Assembly (NCBI GenBank): GCA_022605425.2
Contig: CM061248.1
Coordinates: forward strand, 620,001 to 684,000
Origin: Hamiltosporidium tvaerminnensis FI-OER-3-3
Lineage: Eukaryota; Fungi; Microsporidia
Reading direction: 5' to 3'
Length of the DNA stretch: 64,000 bases
In this document: positions 1 through 13,684 of the stretch, in pieces
Layout of the letters: every line of letters begins with the position of its first letter
Numbering within the stretch: the first letter of the stretch is position 1
The notes under the pieces: model-generated
The model's database searches: none
The model's input: only the letters and a program-made list of their open reading frames with translations
Told to the model about the DNA's origin: nothing
Translations under genes and position numbers: made by a program

Positions 1-850
1 TTTATTGTCTGATGATTTTTTCAAACACCAAGGCTTATTACAGCGTTCTTTTTCGATTAATAAACTACTCGAATGTTTCAAATTTTCTGATTTATAGTTA
101 AAATTAAGAAATTGACATTGACTATCAAAATAAGTGTTAACTACAAAAATTTACATCAGCCGAAAGTTTTGAAATTCGAATGCTAGATATTGGTAAAAAA
201 AAGATTGCAGGCAATAGAACTAGAAAATGTATAGCTCACCGAGAAAATTTAAGACAACATGGCTAAAGACAAAGACGCTCCCGAAATTTTACTAAATATC
301 ACTGTAAATTACAAAACTATCAGTAGTATCGCTCATGTTCGATTGTAGCGCTTCAAAATTGTGTTAATGCTATTAATTAAAAGTAGAAAAGCAATACCTA
401 CGAACCGAAAACATAAAGTTTTGGAAACTTTGATGAAAAAAACAATGTTTTCAATTACCCAAAGAATTCTTGAATTTACTGGATTTGCTAGGTATTTCAC
501 GGCTGGCATTCAAATTGATAATTTCTGTGTCTTTAATTATTCCCTGAAACCTGAAACCTTTAAAACTTTGTAAAAATATGAGACTTTCAGTAAATAAACC
601 ATGAAAAATGTTTTCGAAGCAGCAAATTGGAATTGAAAATACAGAGGAGAAGAGGTATTTGTATCAAGTATTATAATTGCTCTAATAGATATGCAATTTA
701 AATTGAGACTTTACAGTTTCCGATCCAACTCGGTTTCGCGATGATCACGAAGAAAGCTCAATAATACCTGCTGCAAGCTTAGAAAAAACCCGTGGAATAC
801 GGGCATCTCACATAGACAACTTTATGAGAAAACTTCACGCGTAAAATTTC
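1..850 (+). pseudogene. Degenerate Helitron/PIF1-type helicase C-terminal relic
   Basis: Broken-frame translations give KLCKNMRLSV (cf. GLCNGTRL), RGEEVFV, LQFPIQLGFAMITKKAQ (cf. QFPxxLAFAMTINKSQG) and QLYEKTSRV (cf. HGQLYVALSRV), in the correct order, with many stops and frameshifts. Confidence 0.7.
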
Positions 851-1978
851 TAACTTTTTCGTATACTTACCAGATTAAAAAAAAAGAAATGTACATCTGA
901 AAGTACTCGAATAAATATATTATTTTTAAACAAATAAACTTCAGTCCTTTATTTCAATTTTTGGGTGTTTCATTCTCTTTTCCTTGAAGGCCATAGCAAC
1001 GCTTGACGAGCAAGCCAGAATTAAATTAATATAATTAGATAAATTTTGCATTTAACAGTGCTTTTTAAATCTAAAATTTCTTTAAACATCGTAAACTGAA
1101 ATAATCACGGAGAGAAGCCTAAAATTTGATTTTTTGAAAATTTATTGGAAACGTAATTTGAAACAGGCATTTTATATCGACAAATGGTTAATGAAGGCAT
1201 ATTTAGATTTTTCAAAATATTATTTTCAACTCATTTATTATTGAACGAAAAAAATAGAAGGAGTCATAGACATGTAACATCATATAAATATCTTAACTAT
1301 TCCTAAGTCTATAGAATGAATCTCAACTCCAGTATATAATATTCATATTTAAAATCTAAAATTCTAATTTAAACAGAGACTAAAAATTTTAAAATTTAAT
1401 TAAAATTGAATTTCTAAAATTGATTTTGTTCAAAAATAGAACATAAAATATTTGATTTCTTCCATCAAGAAAAATTATGAACATTTGTTATACTTTTAAA
1501 TTAAACATAAAAAAATCACGAAACATAAAAAAAGTTGAAATCTATCATAATTATTTCATATGAATATAGATGCATATTATGCCATCTTGAATTAAGGTCC
1601 ATAATCGTCCAGTTGAATTGAAATAATTGAATTCGATATATCAAAGTTGTCATAAAAAAAACGAAAATAAGTAGATACGATCAGCACTAAAGGTAAATTA
1701 GCAGGTCATTCTATTTCATATGAAAAGAATAATGAAAGTCTTAATATATTTTTTTATTTTTCTAATATTGGGAATAAGCAGAAATTCTTTAGTTGAAGAG
1801 TGTCTTAAAACATAAAACATAAAACGACCAAAATATACTAATTTACGGAATGAAACGTAAATTTTGCACAAATGATAACAAAACAAGTGTTTTAGATTTT
1901 AAACACTTAATAATAATTATAAATATATTTTAATTTAAAAAATTTATTGAAGAAATTATATAACAATTTAAATATATT

Positions 1979-4468
1979 TTATTCAATTGATCTACAAATA
2001 TTTGAGAAATGCATCCAAGTTGGATTCTTATCCCTCTTATTTGTGAAGTCAAATTTGGTTATACATTCTTCTAATGGTGTAAAAACAAGACCCTGTCCTT
2101 TCAAGCCTAATATACCAACTACAGGTTTTCTAGAGCCTTTGATAATATTTTCTTTATCTGTTCCTAGAATAATATCTAATGCCTTAATACCCAAAATGAT
2201 TGCGTTTACTCTATCAATCGGACTAGGATTTCCTCCGGATTGTAAATGTCCTAAAACAGAAAATCGCGTATCAAATAGTCCTTGGCTATCTGCTTTTAGC
2301 ATTTTTGAAAAAGAATCGGTAGAGACAGCTTGAAATGTCTTTTCGTTTCTTATTAAGACTACACCGTGTCGATGTCCAGATCTAAATTTTACTTTTAGTC
2401 TTTCAGCCGTGTCTGATAGATGACTCATTTTATATTTTCTTTCTGGTATAAAGTTATCGAAAGCTCCAGCGGCTATCGCGCCCATCAAAGCTAAATATCC
2501 ACATCTATCTCCTTGTACTTCTACAACAAACACACTCTTATTCATAGAAACACTACTTAATCTTAAAAGATCTGATGCGATAGAAATACAATTTAACGCA
2601 GTATCGCTTCCGATGCTTATATCGGTTCCAGGCATATTGTTTGAAATTGTAGCCGGAATGATCACAAAATCCATGGGCGTATCTTTCCTTTTATGATTCA
2701 TATTTTTTAAATTATTTACTATTTTCAGAGATCCACTGCCGCCGATAACAATCAAACTCGTTATTTTACTTTCTTTTAATTTCTTATAAATTTTTTTACA
2801 ATCTATATCCGTACACATCGAAGTTCCTATAACCGAACCTCCACTATTCATCGAAGTATAAAACTCATAGTTTTCCGCCTTTGTGATCATGTTTTTTAAT
2901 ATACCACCAAAACCTTCATGTATAACATATATATCTTTAGATAACGAAATTCCATATTGTATAATCGCATTCAACGCTGTATTCATGCCGGCAGCTCTTT
3001 TCCCTTCGTGTAATATTGCAATTTTCTTTTTCGAATCACTTTTTTCATTTTTAAGTCGCAACTGTTGATTTAACAAATAGCAACGCTTAAAAAATGTACC
3101 TCGTATTGATAAAAGATTTTCGAAATCTTTGTTTTTAATATAGTTCTTGATTTCATTATTCCTTTTGATTACTTTCGATAGCTCTGTAAATTTATATTCA
3201 CCATCGATAATTGATACAATTACTGGCGGCCCAACAGGTTTAGAAAGAAGGTGTTCTATTGTTTTGCATCCTAATACTGTACCCAGAATTCTATCATATG
3301 CTGAAGGTGCCCCGCCACGTTGTGTATGTCCTAATTTGAGCACTCTGGTTTCCATATTAGTTTCCTTTTCAATAATTTGCTTTACTGTCTCTGCTTTTAT
3401 TAGAACACCATTTTCATCGACTGCTCCTTCGGATATTACCACAAATATACCACGCTTTCCACAATGTTTGACAGTATTAATAGAATCCACGATTGATTTT
3501 TTCCATTTTGGATCAGGTACTTCTGGTAAAAATACATAATCAGCACCTGTAGCAAAGGAACTCATCATTGCTATCCAACCACAATTTCTACCCATTACTT
3601 CTATGACAAAAGCTCTTTGGTGTGAAATCATTGTCGATGACAAATTATCCACTGATTCTATAACTCTATGTAGTGCAGAATCTGAACCCAGTGTAGCGTC
3701 TGAATATGATATATCGTTATCAATAGAAGCCGGAACGCCAATAAGTTTTAAATCATATGTCTGTGTATTTATCGGTAGTTTACCCTCTTTCATCAGAATC
3801 TCGATATTAGATCTAAATTCAGAGAATAATGCATATCCACCTGCTAAACTTCCATCTCCACCTAAAATTATTAACCCGGTTATTTTCCTTTTAACAAGAT
3901 TTAGAGTTGCAAGTTTTCTTCCGTCAGGGTGAGAAAAATCAGTTGATCTCGCACTAAATAAACATGTTCCACCCATTGTATTATGATTGTTGACTTCATC
4001 CCAGTTCATCTCTATAATTTTATCGTTAATGAGGCCTTCATACCCATATAATACTCCAAATATTTTTGCATTCCATTTAATTCCGGTTCTTACAATAGCT
4101 CTAATAGCAGGATTCATTCCCGGAGCATCTCCTCCGCTCGTTAAAATAGCTATATTCAATCTATTTTTTATCGGAATATAATTTGTTGTAATGGTATTGC
4201 CTAAATCATCTATAAATTCTAAAGGCATTGTGTGATGTACATCTTTACTACAAAACCCTTCTTCTATAATAGATTCCAGTATACGTATTGATCTTATATG
4301 AATGTGAATATTTTTTCCTACGCTTTTGATAACGGAATCTTTAGTACTATAAATTTTCAATTCTCCTGGTGATATTTCCACCTTTAACCCCAATTTCGTA
4401 TATATTGTACCGCTTTTTTCCGTAATTTCAGAATTTTTTATAGTAAATTTATCAATATCAATATCCAT
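1979..4468 (-). CDS. PFK: ATP-dependent 6-phosphofructokinase (eukaryotic two-domain type, N-terminal extension)
   Basis: 829-aa ORF with IAILTSGGDAPGMN, GGDGS, SIDNDI, EVMGRNCGW and LGHTQRGG, plus a duplicated regulatory half (PATISNN, LGHLQSGG). Confidence 0.97.
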   Translation of the reverse strand: MDIDIDKFTIKNSEITEKSGTIYTKLGLKVEISPGELKIYSTKDSVIKSVGKNIHIHIRSIRILESIIEEGFCSKDVHHTMPLEFIDDLGNTITTNYIPIKNRLNIAILTSGGDAPGMNPAIRAIVRTGIKWNAKIFGVLYGYEGLINDKIIEMNWDEVNNHNTMGGTCLFSARSTDFSHPDGRKLATLNLVKRKITGLIILGGDGSLAGGYALFSEFRSNIEILMKEGKLPINTQTYDLKLIGVPASIDNDISYSDATLGSDSALHRVIESVDNLSSTMISHQRAFVIEVMGRNCGWIAMMSSFATGADYVFLPEVPDPKWKKSIVDSINTVKHCGKRGIFVVISEGAVDENGVLIKAETVKQIIEKETNMETRVLKLGHTQRGGAPSAYDRILGTVLGCKTIEHLLSKPVGPPVIVSIIDGEYKFTELSKVIKRNNEIKNYIKNKDFENLLSIRGTFFKRCYLLNQQLRLKNEKSDSKKKIAILHEGKRAAGMNTALNAIIQYGISLSKDIYVIHEGFGGILKNMITKAENYEFYTSMNSGGSVIGTSMCTDIDCKKIYKKLKESKITSLIVIGGSGSLKIVNNLKNMNHKRKDTPMDFVIIPATISNNMPGTDISIGSDTALNCISIASDLLRLSSVSMNKSVFVVEVQGDRCGYLALMGAIAAGAFDNFIPERKYKMSHLSDTAERLKVKFRSGHRHGVVLIRNEKTFQAVSTDSFSKMLKADSQGLFDTRFSVLGHLQSGGNPSPIDRVNAIILGIKALDIILGTDKENIIKGSRKPVVGILGLKGQGLVFTPLEECITKFDFTNKRDKNPTWMHFSNICRSIE

Positions 4469-5965
4469 ATTTGTTCAATATTTACTGATATAAATAGTTT
4501 ATCAAAAAGGAGAAGATTTTTTAAGATATATTTTAATTGGTTTGTATTTTCAATGGGATTCCAATTGAAAACCAATTTGTTACGTGTAAGATAAAGAATT
4601 ACAAATATTTTTTTTGTATGAAAACTATTCCATTGGAACAAAATAATTTCAAATTTGATTTATTTAAACTTATCATTTATAAATGCTTCTAAAAAACTTG
4701 AAAAAATAACCGACGAATTAATATCCTATAAAACCGCAAATAAAACCAAACTTGGTAAAGTAAGATCTTTCCTTTCAATTGATTTCTGATATATTGTTTT
4801 TACCGTCTTTTTGAGGTTTTTAACTATTGAAAGTAACAGTTATAATTAGTTTACTAAAATTTTATTTTAATTTCGTAAGCTCGAACATGTAAATTCATAT
4901 TAGAATAATATTTTAATTTGACAAAAACATTTGTTAATTCTTTTTTTGGTAAAAATTAAATGGTTTTCTGTTGGTTATAGCCTTTTTTCTCTAGTAAAAC
5001 ACATTATACTTTAATATACAGTATTAACTCCATCACAGAACAAAGAAGACTTTTTTATATTATTCTTTAAACATTTAACCTTTCATTTTCTATCCTGATT
5101 AGTACAGAAACATTTATAAATATATCTTATTTCATGCTAATATGAATATACCCAATTAAAAAAAACGAACATAGTTGATTTCTAATACATTATGATAAGA
5201 CAGATAAGGTCAATCTGGGCCGAATCATATTTCTAAGTTTTCTGTTTTCATAAATTAGCTTTAAATTTCGTATAATTCCTATTTTTTGAACGGAATTTAA
5301 ATTAATTTATAATTTGGATTAAGAAAGAATCGGTATTTTATATCAGTTTATGTTTTATTAGAACATATATTTTTTGTAAATCATTTTTGATTCGCTTATA
5401 AGAAAATGAATTTAATTAAATAATAATGATTTGGTTATGCGTTACCGAAAAGAATTTATATGTGCTACAAAAAATCAAATGTGTATGCTGGGCATAAATA
5501 TATTTGTATTTATCCACACTACTCTTCATATATTTTCTAGATATATTCATTATTTATATTGAATTTTTAGTTTAGACTATCATTTTCCTTAAGTATTCGA
5601 TAAAATGACGTAATCATTTAAATCTATTTATGAAAATTGAAGATATAATCAGAAACAAAAAATTTCCTACAAATATGATTTGTAATAACTAAAAAATAAA
5701 AGTATATTAGGATATATAATAACACTTACATTTAAATATAACAAGAGATATTTTTTAAGTGTTACATCTTTTTAAATTCCAACAATTCTTAATTGAAAAA
5801 TTCCATTTTAAACACTTTAAAATTTAGAATCTTTAAAATCAAGTATTAAAGCTATTTCGTCCATCACAATCATAAATGTACAAATATATAAGTTTATAAC
5901 ATGTATTTTATAACTTATTAGAGTAGAATCAATATAATTGATATTTTGTAATTATAATTATAGCC

Positions 5966-6159
5966 TCTTATCGTAAGAGGCGACTAAAAGAGACTGATAC
6001 TCCATTTGGGGTTTGACATAAGACTAACAAACCATAATTTAAAACTACCTTGTTACGAAACCCGATAAGTAAACAAATCCACTGGAAAAAGCCGGTAGGC
6101 GGTATTACCAAGGAAGGCTAAGGCTCGCACAAGGCTGTAGTGCCATGGATGAATGAATA
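5966..6159 (+). mobile_element. Short bipartite RTE-derived non-autonomous retroelement (SINE-like), 5'-truncated copy
   Basis: RTE 5'UTR-like motif TCGTAAGAGGCGACTAAAAG, RTE-like 3' end GGCTAAGGCTCGCACAAGGCTGTAGTGCC followed by (TGAA)n. Flanked by the 10-bp direct repeat AATTATAGCC (5956-5965, 6160-6169). Paralog at 36777-37000. Confidence 0.75.
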
Positions 6160-7864
6160 AATTATAGCCAAAAACAAAATATACGATTTATCTTGAGCAA
6201 AAAATTATGCGTCCTCATAGAAACGATGGCATTTTTTTGACATAAAAAACATATTTCATGTAATAATCGTTTATAATCCCAGGCAAAGTTTATTTTTCAT
6301 AATAATAGAAAGAATACTTCTCAAAATTACAAATCAATTGATATATTATTTAGATAAATTTAAACCTTGTTTTTTTAAAAATACTTTTAAATTTCGTTAT
6401 ATTTCAGTTTTTCCTTATGTTGCATACTATATTAGCATAATCTTGTAAAAACATTTCATTTTCTTTGGTAAACATACCGAGATGAAAAATTTTAGAGATT
6501 CTTTCAGATATCCAAATATAATTATATACATAAAGAAGATCGTATTTGACAATAAACAGAACAGAAAGTTTATATTTATGAACATAAATGCTTTTTATTT
6601 TTCTCTTTAGATGCCTTGTAACATTTTCTATTCAATTTTTTCTAATAAAAAACAAAAAGTATGAAAAGAAGTGTTTTTGCTAGAACATATAACCTCTATC
6701 ATTTCTACCCAAAAAATGATATTATAATTTTTGTTTTTTAATTCTATTATCATACACACATCATAATATAATACGCTATAATCTTATAGATTTTATTCAT
6801 AGACGTATATGTAAAATAATTATACAATTTTTATTTGCGTACATTACTATTTTCATTGCGATTTAGTATAGAACCTTTAAAATTATTACATTTGAACGTT
6901 TTAAGTAGTTTAATTACCAAAATAAACTTTATATAAATTTCTCTGCTTTTTAATGATGCAATAGCTTTGGTAGCCTTTTTCTATTAAATTATATATTCAA
7001 ATATTCTTTTATTAAATCTATATTATTATTTGATATATTAAACATTTAAACTACACAACTTAACTTTTATTATAACCAAGATACATTAAAAATATTTTTT
7101 AAAAATAACGATTTTCTCAATTCATAAAAATAATTTTAATATATCTTAGTTATATGACACTATATATAAATATATTTTTGAATGGTTTTCTGCTCGAATA
7201 TCATTGAATAGATTTTGAAATAGAAATTCAAAAAGACAAGCTATGGTGATGAAATTACAAAAAATTCCTATATTTTTCAAAAACTTTAACTGACTTTTTA
7301 ATTTCTTGATACGGATTCTTAAGCAGTTTCTCTCTCATAAATGACGAGGATCTTAACTATATTGATTGTGGAATTTTAAGTTTTACAAGCCAGATGTATT
7401 GTTTAATGCAAAAATAAGAATTTAAACTATGTCCACTTTTAAGAATAGAGATATTGAAGTTGTTTTGTTTGGATAATGCTCATATAAATAGGTTTTACTT
7501 TGCTTAAAAATTCCAAGAATTTTTTATCTTATTTTTTATATTTTTTTCTTATTCCTTTACAAAATAAGCCATGTTTGTCTTACAATGTATTTTCTAGGCA
7601 AATCTTAGAAATCTATATAATTGTCTTGTCATTCTTATTATCTTCATGTGGAGTAAGGTTTGTTATGTTTTCTAACGTTTTCATGACAATAGGTATATTA
7701 TTAATTATAAAGATATTTTTACACATTATTTGTACTTATTGTAATCATTCTAAATAGAATAAGATTTTAAGCATTTATAACAAAGTTAAATCCATATAAA
7801 TATGAATTCAAACGAGAAAAAAAAATATTTTTAAAAAATCTTAAATATTTTTAATTAAATGGTA

Positions 7865-8881
7865 TTAAATAAACTTATTGTCTTTTGTAATTGGATGATA
7901 ATTCCTATCCACTTGATTATTAATAGGATGATTTCCCTTCTCAAAATATCCAATTGGTTCAAATGTTTTGAGAGCACATTTATTGGTATATTCACATATT
8001 CTTGTATGAAATATAGGGCTATCAACTCCATTTTTATAACTACCTAGAGATACCATATTGGCCATATTGTCATATATTCTAGGCGCCAAATATTCAGGTG
8101 TATCATAAATAAATCCCATATAATTTCCACACTTACCTACCTGTATATTAGAATAAGTATCATCTTTCGTATTTGGACAAAAAAATATGATAATTCTATT
8201 TGCTTCTCCCTTGATACCAAAGTAATTCTGGTGCAAAGCCATCATTTTGGTCTTCGAACGAACTGGAGAACTTTCCCAACATAAAGCTACATTACCGATA
8301 TCATTCATAGGCAAAACTTTATCAAATATCATTTTAAATTGAACACCATATTTCATTATATCATTATTAATTAAATTAAAAATTGTTCCTATAAATTCTT
8401 TTGCATAAACCAGATCTTCGTTTGACATATGCCTATAACCACATTGATTGTAATTCGGAGTAATATAATCGAAAGGAAGATTAGTTTTCTCTACGACAAT
8501 TTCTGACACATGTGCTTCGCTTGGAGTTGCTACATGAGAATGTAAATCCTCTTCAACGGCTATATTTGCATCAGCATCTTCTATTTTGGCCTCTGCCATT
8601 AATTTTTCAGTAATAATATCGTCATTTTTACGCATTTCCTCCTCAAGAATAAAATTAGTCTTACTTTTGAAATAGTATGTTAAATAACAAAGTGATAGTT
8701 CATCAAAATGTACATGTACCGGTAATATATATGTTCCTGTACTTTGACATCTTTGAGCACCGAATACTGATTTAATAAGCACAAAAATGTGTACAGGAAA
8801 TACATATATTGCCATACTTCTAGATTTTTGCGCATTAAATTTTTTTATCATAAAAAATGTTATAATAATACCAAATAACAT
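7865..8881 (-). CDS. Hypothetical protein, probably secreted (likely start MAIYVF), several Cys
   Basis: 338-aa ORF in very AT-rich DNA with a hydrophobic signal-like stretch (MAIYVFPVHIFVLIKSVFG). No family recognised. Confidence 0.7.
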   Translation of the reverse strand: MLFGIIITFFMIKKFNAQKSRSMAIYVFPVHIFVLIKSVFGAQRCQSTGTYILPVHVHFDELSLCYLTYYFKSKTNFILEEEMRKNDDIITEKLMAEAKIEDADANIAVEEDLHSHVATPSEAHVSEIVVEKTNLPFDYITPNYNQCGYRHMSNEDLVYAKEFIGTIFNLINNDIMKYGVQFKMIFDKVLPMNDIGNVALCWESSPVRSKTKMMALHQNYFGIKGEANRIIIFFCPNTKDDTYSNIQVGKCGNYMGFIYDTPEYLAPRIYDNMANMVSLGSYKNGVDSPIFHTRICEYTNKCALKTFEPIGYFEKGNHPINNQVDRNYHPITKDNKFI

Positions 8882-11199
8882 ATTTCCTTAACAAAATTAT
8901 ATTTTGTTTAAAAATATTTCTTTATTTGAAACAGTTTTATATTTTAAAGAATCAGTTTTAAACTAAAACATTTTGTAACATAAGGTTTTATATGTATTTA
9001 ATCCTTTATAAGAATATTCTAATAATAGACTTACAATAATTTCTAAATGGTTTGAAAATGGATTTTATATAATAAACTGTAAAATATACTATTTAACATA
9101 AAAAGTTAATTTAATGATATTTTATATGGTAAGAAGATAAATTGATTAGAATTTTTATAGCTTTTTAATATGAATATTTTCTCAATACGTATGAAGCAAA
9201 CTGACTGTATAAAGTATTAAAAGATTAATTTTTATTGAAAGATATATCCTATGAGTATCTTAATTATTAAAACGATGAAGGAAACACCGGAAATTGTAAA
9301 AATTATAAATCATTATTTTGATATTCTTTAAAAATGAAAAGAAACTATCAAATATTGACTTATTCAGCTACTAAAATATAATGTAATAGGAAAGTTTCGA
9401 ATATGCCTTCTTTTTTTTCTAAATAGTGTTTTTCTGTAAAGCAAACATATTAACTTCTTATATACCGTAAACTTAATATTATATTCTGTATTATATTCCT
9501 TCTAGCAATCATTATTTAAACATCGCATTTTAGTCTGTTTCTCTCTAAATTCTTGATAGATATAGGAAAATATAATTTTCGTAAGTTTCAATGGCAATAT
9601 TAACAATAATAAACTTACAATTTTTTTCTTATAATTGTATTGAAATCGGGGAAAGCAAGACAAATATGGTAACTTTGTTAAATTATTTATGTACTTTACT
9701 TTAATAACTTCTTTTGTTGCCAATATAGGCTGACACAGTTTCCATCTTTAAGAAAAACGAGTCTCGTTTATTTAAATTTTACAAAAGTTGATAAAAAAAA
9801 TATTGCCTATAAATCTTTTTTCATACAATTTAAACATAGATTACCAAAATAAAAACCTAATTTTCTTATCATAGCTACTTCTTTAAATTTATACAAATAA
9901 ATAATTTGTTAATTATTTCTATTTTATAATATCACATCTTGCTATAAAAGAAGCATATGTTATATTGTTGTACTGGCATTAACACTTTTTATTATCAACA
10001 TAGATAACTACTTCCTGGAAATTCTATCGCTATATTCTACGATACATTTCTAAATCTTTTTATTCAAAAGTATATTAAAGTCATTAAGGTGGCGGATTAA
10101 TTGCTTTGTTTCGTGAATATTTGTTTTTTTATTTTTAATCGCAGATAGAAACTTGTCTTGGTCCATAAAATCAACTGAATTCCCACTTACTCTAAACTAT
10201 CATCACCGAATAGATTTTTTGATGAGATATATCATAGAGACAAACATGTTGTCTACTTAAATGGTGCAATGACATATTAACTGGTATAAACTGCCACTTC
10301 GTTTTGCGGGCTTTACAAAAAAGGTATATTTTTTTGTAAAAATCACAGAATAAATCTTCTAAATCTAACGAGCAAGCTAGCTTTCTCGTCCATTTACATT
10401 CAAATCACTTATAAGTCAAATTCTGGTTTCTTCTAGTTACATAAAAAAAATACAAAATAGATTCATAGAAAATAATCCATCGGTTTGAAAAATTATCTTT
10501 TTACATACAAATTTCCATTAAACAAATTAAAATTTTTGTGTGGTATTCATTCTACCAAAAATCTAAACAATAATTGTTGCACCAATTTCACCAAATATTT
10601 ACCAAACGTATAATCTTAATCGGGATTTTTCTTTCTCTATTAAAACATATATTTATTATATAATCGATAGTGTCAGCTATACATTACACCTCAAAGTATT
10701 CAAACAATTTTAAAATTTTTGAGAATTTCACAATAATTTTTCAAATTAAGAAGAATATCATTCTTACAATTTATTTATAAACATTACCTAATCAATATAA
10801 GTATACAGAATTACACATGACACACCTTCACAAATTTTAATATTTCAAAAAAAATATTCAAACTATTATTTTTCTAACATCTTTTCTAAATGGTAGTACA
10901 TACCAAAACCATAAATATTTTCTACTTTTCTTAAAATTTTAATGTTTAAAGTAAGATTCAATGTAAATCATTTTTTTTCAGATTTCTTTATAATAACTTT
11001 TACAAATACACAAACAAAGTAATATAAAATTTATACTTAAAAGTCTTTTTCATCTAAGAATTACATTTCTATTTTATATAATAATACAATAGAAAGATTT
11101 TTTTTTTGAATAATATTATGGAATTTATATTTGTTTAAATTTTAAACATTAGTAATAGAAATAAGGTAATAATAATTTATAAATAGATTAATACATCAA

Positions 11200-11450
11200 T
11201 GAAACGTGGAAAAATAATTCTGAAAATAAAATAATAACGTTTCATACATCTTTACTTCAACAAAAAAAAGAATATGAAACCCTATAAAAATAATTCTGAA
11301 AATAATATAATAACGTTTCATACATCTTTACTCCAACCAAAAAAAAAGAATATGAAACGTGGAAAAATAATTCTGAAAATAATATAATAACGTTTCATAC
11401 ATCTTTACTCCAACCAAAAAAAAAAAGAATATGAAACGCTATAAAAATAA
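11200..11450. repeat. Tandem repeat, ~80-bp unit x3
   Basis: ATGAAAC...AAAAATAATTCTGAAAATAA...TAACGTTTCATACATCTTTACT recurs three times. Confidence 0.85.
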
Positions 11451-11582
11451 GTAAAACTTAAATTTGTGAATAAGAAATTATAAGCTAAATCTCACAAAAA
11501 AAACAAAAGCAGGTAGAACAGAAGAGTATCAATGTCAGTTAAAAAATATTAGATTTTTAATAATAAATTACGAAATGTATTC

Positions 11583-11785
11583 TAAAAATAAAATATTAAA
11601 AACATAAAAAATATTTATTAAGAGATTATGTAAAGGTCTTTTAAAAATAAAATATTAAAAACATAAAAAATATTTATTAAGAGATTATGTAAAGGTCTTT
11701 TAAAAATAAAAACTTAAAAACATAAAAAATATTTATTAAGAGATTATGTAAAGGTCTTTTAAAAATGAAATATTAAAAGCTTAAA
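11583..11785. repeat. Tandem repeat, ~59-bp unit x3
   Basis: AAAACATAAAAAATATTTATTAAGAGATTATGTAAAGGTCTTTT recurs three times. Confidence 0.85.
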
Positions 11786-12077
11786 AAATATATGAGTATG
11801 TATATCTTAATAAACTCACAAATAAAAAGATTAAGAAATTATAAATCACCTAATTAAGATTAAAAAGATAAATCTAATTTTTTTTTGTTAAAAGTAAAAT
11901 TAACTTCATTTTCACACATTAAGAACCTAATTTATTAATAATTTATTACTTAATAAAAGTCTTATAAATAACAATAATTAAGATTTTTGTACTTTTAATA
12001 TTTACTGGCCTTTTAATATATTAACTCTTTTTAACTTATATTTCTTAATTCTTATTCTATATAAAACATAGATTCAT

Positions 12078-13295
12078 GTTACCCCTCTTAATGGTTAGTA
12101 ATTATACTAACACCCTATTATTTACTGCTTATCTCTAATAATACTCTTATTTACTACTTATCTCTAATAATACTATTATTTACTACTACATATACTAACA
12201 CCCCTATAACTACTATCTTATCATTAACACCCTCTTAATGGTTAGTAATTATACTAACACCCTATTATTTACTATATCTTATCATTAACACCCTCTTATT
12301 TACTACTACATATACTAACACCCTACTATTTACTATTACTTATACTAACACCCTCTTAATGGTTAGTAATTATACTAACACCCTATTATTTACTATATCT
12401 TATCATTAACACCCTCTTATTTACTACTACATATACTAACACCCTACTATTTACTATTACTTATACTAACACCCTCTTAATGGTTAGTAATTATACTAAC
12501 ACCCTATTATTTACTATATCTTATCATTAACACCCTATTATTTACTATTACTTATACTAACACCCTATTATTTACTACTACATATGCTAACACCCTATTA
12601 TTTACTACTACTTATACTAACACCCTCTTAATGGTTAGTAATTATACTAACACCCTATTATTTACTATTACTTATACTAACACCCTCTTATTTACTACTA
12701 CATATACTAACACCCCTATAACCAGTATCTTATCATTAACACCCTATTATTTACTATTACTATACTAACACCCTCTTATTTACTATTACTATACTAACAC
12801 CTCTATAACCAGTATCTTATCATTAACACCCTATTATTTACTATTACTTATACTAACACCCTACTATTTACTATTACTATACTAACACCTCTATAACCAG
12901 TATCTTATCATTAACACCCTCTTATTTACTATTACTTATACTAACACCTCTATAACCAGTATCTTATCATTAACACCCTATTATTTACTATTACTATACT
13001 AACACCCTCTTATTTACTACATCTTATACTAACCCCCTCTTATTTACTACATCTTATACTAACCCCCTCTTATTTACTACATCTTATACTAACACCCTCT
13101 TATTTACTACATCTTATACTAACACCCCTATAACTACTACCTATACTAACACCCCTATAACTACTACATCTTAACATTAACACCCTCTTATTTACTACAC
13201 TTATACTAACACCCTATTATTTACTACTACTTATACTAACACCCTATTATTTACTACTACTTATACTAACACCCCTATAACTAACACCCATACAC
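12078..13295 (+). repeat. Complex minisatellite built on TAACACCC(T) modules of ~30 bp
   Basis: Dozens of TACTAACACCCT(A/C)TTATTTACTA variants with higher-order periodicity. Confidence 0.95.
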
Positions 13296-13354
13296 CTCCT
13301 CTTTCCATATCCTTAAAATTATTTTAATTTCTATTTCTCTTCACCCTTACTTTT

Positions 13355-13675
13355 ATGTTTGACCGTTTATCAAGAAGAGGAAGACACTCTTATAAAACAA
13401 GAAGTAACGTATTAAAACTAGTAAGAACAAGAGTATCAAAGAAACTAAAATATATACATTGTAAGAAGAAAGGAACATCACAGAAATGTGGTATATGTAA
13501 ACAAGCACTACATGGTGTAGCAAGACGTAGACCTGCTGATTTCTCTCGTCTTAAGAAATCACGTAGGACTGTTTCTAGAACGTATGGTGGTGTATGGTGT
13601 GCGTGTTGTTTAGAGAAGAGAATTGTTGATACTTTTTTGAATAACGAAGAGACAGTGGCACAGGGAACAGCATAA
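13355..13675 (+). CDS. RPL34: 60S ribosomal protein L34 (eL34)
   Basis: RRGRHSYKTRSN, CGICKQALHGV, SRRTVSRTYGGVWCACCLEKRIV. CCC motif at 13344-13346. Confidence 0.95.
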   Translation: MFDRLSRRGRHSYKTRSNVLKLVRTRVSKKLKYIHCKKKGTSQKCGICKQALHGVARRRPADFSRLKKSRRTVSRTYGGVWCACCLEKRIVDTFLNNEETVAQGTA

Positions 13676-13684
13676 TTAAAGGGT

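Noticed and set aside
1947-4181. Multiple + strand ORFs overlapping PFK (and similar ones opposite HOP1, NSR1, the LRR genes and the RT)
   Set aside because: Antisense shadows of real genes.
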